DNA of 24,024 nucleotides. It comes from a virus. Taxonomy: Duplodnaviria > Caudoviricetes. The translations under genes were made by a program, and so were the position numbers. Shown in pieces: positions 19,201 through 24,024 of this stretch (positions within the stretch are counted from its first letter, which is position 1; each line of letters opens with the position of its first letter). The notes under the pieces are model-generated. The model worked only from the letters and a program-made list of their open reading frames with translations. It was not told where the DNA came from and did no database searches. Location: positions 1-24,024 of IMG/VR virus record IMGVR_UViG_3300006863_000021; one strand, written 5' to 3'.

Positions 19201-19447
19201 TTATACAGATTTGGCAAACCTAGCCAAAGACATGTTATCTGGAAATCCATATATTGATAAGAAATCAAAGTATCTGTATTCTCCAGACAGCCCATTGTAT
19301 AACTTAGTCCCCGGCTTTAGAGCATGGTGGGTACAAGGAATGGTCAATCATGCCTTTGGTGATTTGAACTATCAAGAGGATAATAGGGCATATAGGTGGA
19401 ATAAGTTGAGAGAAGAAAGCGTAAAGAGATTCCAGTTCAGGCAATAA
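13274..19447 (+). CDS. Very large internal virion (ejection) protein, gp16 position (about 2057 aa)
   Basis: Largest ORF, directly before the tail fiber; Gly-zipper hydrophobic segments (SIGAAFGLAGGLFAYGMG); late QF.NY..AF motif region resembling gp16-type C-termini. ATG at 13274 is preferred over TTG at 13271 (AAGGA RBS). Confidence 0.7.
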   Translation: MSSFSIFNSGVGGGVPSRPAIPLQDIRQRQVAAIEPQQEEVVARPAMPALYTDENGNPSYDNNQSWFETFTDRRLYAQTGGGAGYWGFGWRTPTRTMYDSYIGLDPNMEPDPEWLKQKADETWVTNRVKMIEQNIGTDADVLKNYYGQDIIKSLVQRGNSLDDETARLTFALDESKSFYRIMDYDAASGWGTYLGTKVASGVGNYMAVDPVTSVSTMLSLGAGTVLPALARSAVIAEYLPWLSTPSLVTRSWLISHGPLLAKSNIILGPIDGAISGYAYHYGYNKDREMLHGEDSIYEDDSVVDDVSIGAAFGLAGGLFAYGMGIRNARREAAIEALAMSGLSVPTRDSLDYTVRYSVAHSNLLRRLKASGIAETDDVFKQVADPSRLNEAGFRSVEDVLRLTRQVDDLKPDAAEFGSMVARKTNLENTKAVTFRTKIKSVLDAVPDGDGFIDDGTGKMIPNYAKYGNEIAGALDADTRAVLKAANLNDNEIDSIFDFFGTRVGVDKLDLHKWVQISDVNERDGRILLQFMGEEIANERRALAGLSKIAQARGLDINTMSFRQIQDFTLELDREANAILDAATTTMDRVGLADRLMGHFHDLANMRTKLFRNGLKPEEGHPQVGIRKLYGMNDTKTVNKALRTIGKLERRGEINSLAAEELRKWVEIQKSLNDLARTRMKQGELGEVLGLLNTHILTDMQSPHLIDGLYPLRTAFRGELDELNVSDAAVRGQRFATLWDSLPETAAPVGDLTSAYKTAKTNRMAAARSLQAGKQTVNEIGKGSTISRAEETAAGIAFQFTRANGTLSRVLTIAKEGLEDVFDATSLTAFRNAIAAGKTPEDAAKLLKFNDTASISKGLTTRLGTAEAALTRAGKERNLGYAIRNEDYSFWVGNKLLGAMRATPFLGWGMHKLARLALDSTIMGVNLGGLRAGRLWFNPESMSGHGAIRQLTMLANLIDSPHVLKGDIGRLVDNGLFSIQAIRNWNASQAAKVIKVIRDAATRGEAFSPEDYRAIRDVVAGRLERGKLTPKQEQLYAVNREVISGYIDDLLDIIDSVDASKFGIDEERKKLLRAIFETETREQIADAMQLAMLVPNQSVIIAKRGEFRDTIRNVLTRLVDDNMKLMRGRDATLIDSDSISTWLETRLTGLIEARRAKGATPAQLLQMEQKMKSVLALPADKQIDAAITLAKTKDELDAIFDSTLKTFDADETTGFGVRMLWNNLTDTEVANAKTFDDILDIMEGKRTNQDFIDLIRTRVNDYDGELAPSAQFIRKPGQQVGFPASASGVAGIRQFADGVYMHLLRDAEMDGFFHHEMGEAAVAFATGNGTRIRTSAQLVRTMGADENGNQGIFALINQTRKEMNAALDEMEERGSTKVAGLRERLNEDFNNLEDMTAYGLGYGTSTETRYGILETAFRINNGYIRAKRGGNWGFQTAIAEVFKTFLLGANREGFLTSFGNMLRSVFTKDDLWDIGGAIEQFTRKYSPGVDTEAYVGGMSFGRIPTGVGNIPVANPPVRFQGHSPASGFKDWVRQRIPVVGRLRDTFSGAAIDPQGTARLAAGQQPTTVGQRATQTGARVADTATTAVEAAANTTTRLGGQQYFQAMGRDMAVRQGKRYLQNNIGALLNLSRRYREAMLAFKPGANASDVEKFKILSKLSEETGVDPYLAARLLHHGLLDEGNLGMLNRAIARTTEAESKAGRVIGFLSGATKPFKVETLRRYLDDLAEEEVRVMAASRAAQDLSPERANLRNVDELMMRLTSWLDEEANTAMNSATLISSAPNANLGQRWISQFSNYVRAFTHQTMMRGANDTSINRMMMMVAPVIIGEMLYFESIRLLESKYQKGEVQYQKELDDRIRAWREAPEEQFARIIARIPIGGVSQSFLLNAIINPMEGTVLGADLSQSNVPILTQKPDALSLKRGTHKAFVKSEDIINEYLTFGNPREQNLIDKLDERLVSERTLYSKPYQFPLVQFTPYTDLANLAKDMLSGNPYIDKKSKYLYSPDSPLYNLVPGFRAWWVQGMVNHAFGDLNYQEDNRAYRWNKLREESVKRFQFRQ

Positions 19448-19481
19448 CACTTGAAGCAATCCATAAGAAAAGGAACCATAC

Positions 19482-20975
19482 ATGGCATTATCATCAGTAT
19501 CTTATGTTGGGACAGGCTCACAAACTGAGTTCTTCTTCACCAACATTTCATTGTTGGATGACGATATAGTAACATACGCATCCCAACTAAAAGTTTATAT
19601 TGACGGCACTCTAAAGACATTGACTACTGATTATTCAGTCAATGTGAATAACAAGAAAATTGTATTTGGAAGTGCTCCTGCCTTAGGCACTATCGTCAAG
19701 ATTGCTAGATTTAGTAAGTCAGATGACAGGTATATTACCTATACTAACTCTACAAACATTACCGCTTCCATTCTGAATACTGATGCTGACCACCTTTTCC
19801 ATCTTGCTCAGGAAGCCTTGGATCTTCGTGATAATGCCATCACCCTGAATGACGATGATAAGTATGAAGGTAATGCCAAAGTCATAACCAATATCGCACC
19901 GGGTGTGGATTCCACCGATGCCATAAACTATGGACAGTTAATTGCTGCTATCAGCGGTGATAATCCCGGTGTTCTCGGAACTCAAGGTTATTATACCGCA
20001 GTTGGTGATGGTAGTACAGTAAACTATACATTACCGACTTCTGTATCTGGATTGACGGCTAGTGATTTCAATGTCTATGTGAATGGTTCTAAGAAGATTC
20101 CTACAACAGATTATACCGTATCTGGTGTTGTTCTTACATTTACATCAGCACCAACCAATACACATGTCATTCAGATTCTTTGGAATATTGGAACTGTTCC
20201 TGCAAGATTTGGTGAAGGTAATGTCACTACCACTATGCTTCAAGATGAAGCAGTTACCATTGCAAAGATTGGTTCTGCTGCGGCTACAAGCAATCAAGTT
20301 CTCAAAGCAGACGGTTCTGGTGGTGCTTCATTTGGAACTATTCCCGCATCCATAATCAGTGACTTTGATACTCAGGTTCGTACCAGTCGTCTAGATCAGA
20401 TGGCTGTTCCTACCGCAAGTGTAAACTTCAATAGCCAACGACTTCTCAATGTTGCTGCTCCATCTGCTTCTACGGATGCGATCAACAGAAATTATCTGGA
20501 TACAAAGTATCAACAGTTTAGACGATATGTTATTGTGCCGGGTACTGTTGCTGGTCAGTCAACTAATAATCAAAGAAACTTTGTGACTTCACAGGCTGGA
20601 TATCAACAGACTCTTACACTTACTCACGATCTATCCAATGTCTTGTCTGTAAAGTTAGTAGTTCCTATTGTAAATAACAGTACATCTACAACCGCATTCA
20701 ATAAAGTTGACTTTGAGTTTACTTTTGGAAATGATACATTCAATACTCAGATTTACACCACAGAAGCATATACTGCTCCCAATGTTCTAATTGGTTCTGC
20801 TGTTCCTATTGCTTTTACTTGTCAACTTGTAAAGTCATCTGGTCAATTGGCATTTACTGTGACTGCTATTGGTCAGGCAACATCTACAAATTATCTAGTC
20901 CATAATGGTTCCGCTACACCTGCTGCCACATCTTATGCAACCAAGGATTGGCATATTCTTTTAACTGGAGTATAA
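19482..20975 (+). CDS. Tail fiber protein, T7 gp17-like N-terminal adaptor
   Basis: N-terminus Y.GTGSQTEF.F...KVYIDG....TDY...APA.G..V.I.R...LN...HL.HLAQEA.D typical of gp17 anchors; two neck motifs (TDAIN); Thr/Ser/Gly-rich beta C-terminus. Confidence 0.88.
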   Translation: MALSSVSYVGTGSQTEFFFTNISLLDDDIVTYASQLKVYIDGTLKTLTTDYSVNVNNKKIVFGSAPALGTIVKIARFSKSDDRYITYTNSTNITASILNTDADHLFHLAQEALDLRDNAITLNDDDKYEGNAKVITNIAPGVDSTDAINYGQLIAAISGDNPGVLGTQGYYTAVGDGSTVNYTLPTSVSGLTASDFNVYVNGSKKIPTTDYTVSGVVLTFTSAPTNTHVIQILWNIGTVPARFGEGNVTTTMLQDEAVTIAKIGSAAATSNQVLKADGSGGASFGTIPASIISDFDTQVRTSRLDQMAVPTASVNFNSQRLLNVAAPSASTDAINRNYLDTKYQQFRRYVIVPGTVAGQSTNNQRNFVTSQAGYQQTLTLTHDLSNVLSVKLVVPIVNNSTSTTAFNKVDFEFTFGNDTFNTQIYTTEAYTAPNVLIGSAVPIAFTCQLVKSSGQLAFTVTAIGQATSTNYLVHNGSATPAATSYATKDWHILLTGV

Positions 20976-20976
20976 T

Positions 20977-21210
20977 ATGGGACCAGTAGAACTAATGCAA
21001 TTAGGTATAGTATGTACCTCCTTCTTCGCAGCATGGAAACTGGAATCCATATCTCGTTCATTGGGAGAAGTGTCTACCCACATCGCACATCTTAAAGAAG
21101 ATGTAACTGAACTCAAAGATGAGTTTAGTAAAATCCATGACCGAGTTGCAAAGGCAGAGAACCAACTCAAAGACATTATAAAGTTTGAAAAGGAGCATAG
21201 CGATGGATAA
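20977..21210 (+). CDS. Small membrane-anchored coiled-coil protein (holin-like position)
   Basis: Hydrophobic N-terminal segment (LMQLGIVCTSFFAAW) followed by heptad coiled coil; occupies the T7 gp17.5 (holin) position. Confidence 0.45.
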   Translation: MGPVELMQLGIVCTSFFAAWKLESISRSLGEVSTHIAHLKEDVTELKDEFSKIHDRVAKAENQLKDIIKFEKEHSDG

Positions 21211-21424
21211 GGAAACCAAGATTTCAATCATGTGGGATCTAACCGCTGATGCCATTATAGACGCTCTATCAGATCCCAAGAAGGTAAGTCCCGGTTGGGT
21301 TCAATGTGCAGAAAGATTTCTGACAGATAATGGTGCGGAAGCACTCTCTCTTCCTGCGGGAAAGAAGGAGCAAATCCATAAGTTGCTTCCATTCCCGAAA
21401 CTGGGAGAGAGGAAGATTGGATGA
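21203..21424 (+). CDS. terS: Terminase small subunit, T7 gp18-like
   Basis: The ATG at 21203 has AGGAG 7 nt upstream, a better start than TTG 21185. SPGW...AERFLTDNG resembles the gp18-type P...A..FL.DN motif; C-terminal LPF; 73 aa; synteny. Confidence 0.75.
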   Translation: MDKETKISIMWDLTADAIIDALSDPKKVSPGWVQCAERFLTDNGAEALSLPAGKKEQIHKLLPFPKLGERKIG

Positions 21425-21774
21425 GTATACGACTAGGTGGCATTAAGATACAGACCACATCATTTACAACAGAAGGTGGATTATCACCAACACCAACAGG
21501 ACAATATCCAGAAACAGGATTCAGTTCAGCAATTGTATTGAATCATGACCAGACATCTAAATGGGTAACGGCTCATGTCAATACAGGAAGTAATGTAAAT
21601 GTAAGCATACAAGGAAGTTTGAATGGAACGCAATGGGCTTCAATCTATAATCCAGATATTGCACCGAGCGGTTCATACATAACATTACTTCCACTGTGTA
21701 CTCATTATAGAATATTTGTTGATGCTCAAGACGATAATGCAATAAGAACTACAACCCTCAGAATAGGAAACTAA
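21421..21774 (+). CDS. Small beta-sandwich protein, paralog 1 of 3
   Basis: ATGA-coupled to terS; motifs LNH, IQGSLNGTQWAS and LCTHYRI shared with the two following ORFs. Confidence 0.7.
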   Translation: MSIRLGGIKIQTTSFTTEGGLSPTPTGQYPETGFSSAIVLNHDQTSKWVTAHVNTGSNVNVSIQGSLNGTQWASIYNPDIAPSGSYITLLPLCTHYRIFVDAQDDNAIRTTTLRIGN

Positions 21775-21775
21775 T

Positions 21776-22069
21776 ATGATTTGTCAAAGAAAGACTGCTT
21801 CAGTAACCACGGCTTCAGGAACAACCGACTTCCAATTGAACCATAACCCGAACGCAAACAAAGTTTACATCTACATTTCACAGACTGGTGGAACACAAAG
21901 CGTAAAGACCATCTCTGGTAGACTTCATCCAGATGCTGGTTTCGTTTCACTAGCAACTCCAACAGTGGGTTCGGATACCTATACCGAAGTAGACATTTGT
22001 TCAGAATACCGTATCACACTTCAGAACTCTTCTGGTTCTGGTACTGCAACCATTGTGGTAGTAAACTAA
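21776..22069 (+). CDS. Small beta-sandwich protein, paralog 2 of 3
   Basis: Starts 1 nt after the previous stop; motifs LNH, ISGRLHPDAGFVSL, ICSEYRI and GTAT. Confidence 0.7.
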   Translation: MICQRKTASVTTASGTTDFQLNHNPNANKVYIYISQTGGTQSVKTISGRLHPDAGFVSLATPTVGSDTYTEVDICSEYRITLQNSSGSGTATIVVVN

Positions 22070-22079
22070 GGAGACATAA

Positions 22080-22421
22080 ATGAGAGTAACCAAGTTCCCA
22101 ACCGTAAGTACAACTACCAATACAACTTACAATACCGATCCTGTAAATATTGAGATTGGTCCATTCCAAGATCGTATTACTTTTCAGGTAACTCAAACCA
22201 CTACCGGTACTGTAAATAATACTGTTCAGTTACAGATTCGTCCATACCCTGACTTGAACTGGGTGAGCGTAGGCAGTACAGAGAATCTCAATACAACTGG
22301 TGCTGGTACTACATCCATTATATTCTCCCGTCAATTTCCATGCTCCGAATACCGTTTACGGATTGTTCGTTCATCAGCAACTGGTGGAACGGCTACGGTT
22401 GACGCATGGGTAGGGAGATGA
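22080..22421 (+). CDS. Small beta-sandwich protein, paralog 3 of 3
   Basis: AAGGAG RBS; motifs LQIRPYPDLNWVSV, PCSEYRL and GTAT. Confidence 0.7.
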   Translation: MRVTKFPTVSTTTNTTYNTDPVNIEIGPFQDRITFQVTQTTTGTVNNTVQLQIRPYPDLNWVSVGSTENLNTTGAGTTSIIFSRQFPCSEYRLRIVRSSATGGTATVDAWVGR

Positions 22422-22424
22422 GTA

Positions 22425-24024
22425 ATGTCTTTCTTGATGGAAGAGCAAGAATACCTAGACGCACTAAAATCTGATTTTCGTAATTTCTTATCAGTTACAT
22501 GGGAGACATTATCCCTACCAGAACCAAGTCGTGTTCAATACGACATTGCCGATTACCTGCAATCGGATAATCCACGCTTGATGATTCAAGCAATGCGTGG
22601 TGCAGGTAAGTCTTACATTACATCATGCTTTGCCGTATGGTGTCTATTCCGTAATCCTGATGCCACTATCATTTGCATTTCGGCTGTCCAGAATAGATCA
22701 AGGGAGTTCATCCGCCTTGCTCGTAAGATTATAGACAGCCTTCCATTCCTACACCACCTAACACCAAATCCTGAAGATAGAGACGGTGCAGATCGCTTTG
22801 ATGTTGGATGTAGGACTACGCCTTCCAAGAACCCATCAGTTGCTGCCTACGGAATCAAATCCATGATTACAGGTAGCCACGCAGACATAATCATCTGTGA
22901 CGATGTGGAGATTCCACAGAACTCCATGACGGTAGAAGCACGGGAACTTCTTCTCAATCGCTGTAAGGAACTAGAATCGGTTCTGAACCCCGGTGGTCGT
23001 ATCATCTTCCTCGGGACACCCCAATCGTTTGACAGCGTGTACAGGCATCTAGGACGCTCCTATCCAGTCCGTCGTTGGACAGCCAGATACCCAGATCCAG
23101 ATACTACTCAAGCAGAGAACCTTGCTCCGATGCTTCTAGACGATTTGGCTAAGGGAACCCATCAACCGGGAGACCCAACCTATCCGTCTTACTATAGCAA
23201 TGAGACATTACTAGAGCGTGAAGCCATCATGGGAACAAGCAACTTCATGCTTCAGATGATGTTGGATACCACCCTAGCGGATTCACAGAAGTTCCCACTA
23301 CTATTCTCCAATCTTATTATTCATCCTGTATCTCCATTGGGTGGTTCTCCCAAGGTTCTACACGGCACACTAAATCCGTTTGGTGAAATAGAAACACCAT
23401 CAATCCATCCAAATGATAAGTTCTATAAGGCAATGTACTATGAACCAGTCATCAAGGATTGGACACAGGTGCTTATGGGTATAGACCCGTCAGGTAAAGG
23501 TAGAGACAGTACTGCTGTAGTCATAGTATGTGAACTAAACGGCATGGTACATCTGGGTGCTGTGAAGACATACTCTGATGGTTTCTCACCAGAGACCATG
23601 GAAGACATTGCTTCTCTCATAGCCCATTGGAATGTAAAGACATTGCTGATTGAGTCCAACTACGGTGGAGGTATGTGGACAAGTTTGCTTATGCCCCACC
23701 TACCTCATCCTTGCGATGTTCAGGAGGTCCGTAATGCCACCCAGAAGGAGTTGCGTATACTGGACACCATCCAACCCATCGTAGAGTCCCATCGCCTTGT
23801 AGTGGCTCCAGAGGTCTTACGCAACAGCGATTTCCTTTATCAATATTCTCACATCTCCAGAGTCAGAGGTTCACTAAAGAATGATGATATTCTTGATGCC
23901 CTCACTCTCCCACTCAGCCATCTCACACCACACCTCCGCATCAACCCCCAAGACATCGCCAAGGAGAAGGCAGAACGGGAACAGGCAAAGGAAATAAAAG
24001 ATTTCCTCGCATCATATCAGAGAA
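22425..24024 (+). CDS. terL: Terminase large subunit, T7 gp19-like (3'-truncated by window end; not in ORF track)
   Basis: Manual translation from ATG 22425 (GGGAG RBS): MSFLMEEQEY...Walker A QAMRGAGKS, ITGSHAD, Walker B IICDDVEIPQNS, LGTPQ, nuclease GIDPSGKGRD, IESNYGGGM, QKELRI.DT, NDDILDAL. Open for 533 codons to the window edge. Confidence 0.95.
   Translation, partial: MSFLMEEQEYLDALKSDFRNFLSVTWETLSLPEPSRVQYDIADYLQSDNPRLMIQAMRGAGKSYITSCFAVWCLFRNPDATIICISAVQNRSREFIRLARKIIDSLPFLHHLTPNPEDRDGADRFDVGCRTTPSKNPSVAAYGIKSMITGSHADIIICDDVEIPQNSMTVEARELLLNRCKELESVLNPGGRIIFLGTPQSFDSVYRHLGRSYPVRRWTARYPDPDTTQAENLAPMLLDDLAKGTHQPGDPTYPSYYSNETLLEREAIMGTSNFMLQMMLDTTLADSQKFPLLFSNLIIHPVSPLGGSPKVLHGTLNPFGEIETPSIHPNDKFYKAMYYEPVIKDWTQVLMGIDPSGKGRDSTAVVIVCELNGMVHLGAVKTYSDGFSPETMEDIASLIAHWNVKTLLIESNYGGGMWTSLLMPHLPHPCDVQEVRNATQKELRILDTIQPIVESHRLVVAPEVLRNSDFLYQYSHISRVRGSLKNDDILDALTLPLSHLTPHLRINPQDIAKEKAEREQAKEIKDFLASYQR

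Noticed and set aside
19482-22421. Diversity-generating retroelement target/template repeats, CRISPR array, tRNA or stop-codon recoding
   Set aside because: No adenine-variant repeat pair, reverse transcriptase, spaced repeats or cloverleaf was seen; the genes read full-length in the standard code.
22418-22474. ATG overlapping the stop of paralog 3 as the terL start
   Set aside because: That frame closes after 18 codons or fewer; the terminase frame starts at ATG 22425.
314-23659. Minus-strand ORFs and alternate-frame + ORFs in the ORF track (e.g. 1242-1802, 6108-6590, 11594-12166, 17317-17811, 5050-5469)
   Set aside because: All overlap well-supported + strand genes, show no recognisable motifs and look like antisense shadows of biased codon usage.
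1-24024. T7/SP6-like phage RNA polymerase promoters (repeated 20-23-mers)
   Set aside because: No repeated promoter-length motif was found by eye in the intergenic regions; a motif search on the full genome is needed.

Overview
This window is the late (morphogenesis and packaging) arm of a T7-like podovirus (Autographiviridae-type gene order), with all credible genes on the + strand. The order is: unknown ORF; gp6.5-like small ORF (missed by the ORF track); large gp7.3-position protein; portal; scaffold; two membrane or lipoprotein ORFs; a highly structured 209-nt leader; major capsid; a putative decoration protein; a T-phi-like terminator; tail tubular A; a free-standing EndoVII/HNH endonuclease; tail tubular B; three internal virion (ejection) proteins, including a 2,058-aa gp16-position giant; tail fiber; a holin-like ORF; small terminase; three tandem paralogous beta-rich proteins; and the large terminase (22425 to the window end, missed by the ORF track because it runs off the edge). 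The most unusual points are: (1) the triplet of paralogs sitting where T7 has its spanins; (2) a lipoprotein with a C-terminal TM segment (u-spanin-like topology) plus a micro-TM ORF inserted between scaffold and capsid; (3) a multi-hairpin RNA with nested repeated internal loops upstream of the capsid gene; (4) apparently complete avoidance of CCWGG, AGCT and several other palindromes, and of A5 runs. All calls come from motif recognition and synteny by eye; no database search was run.
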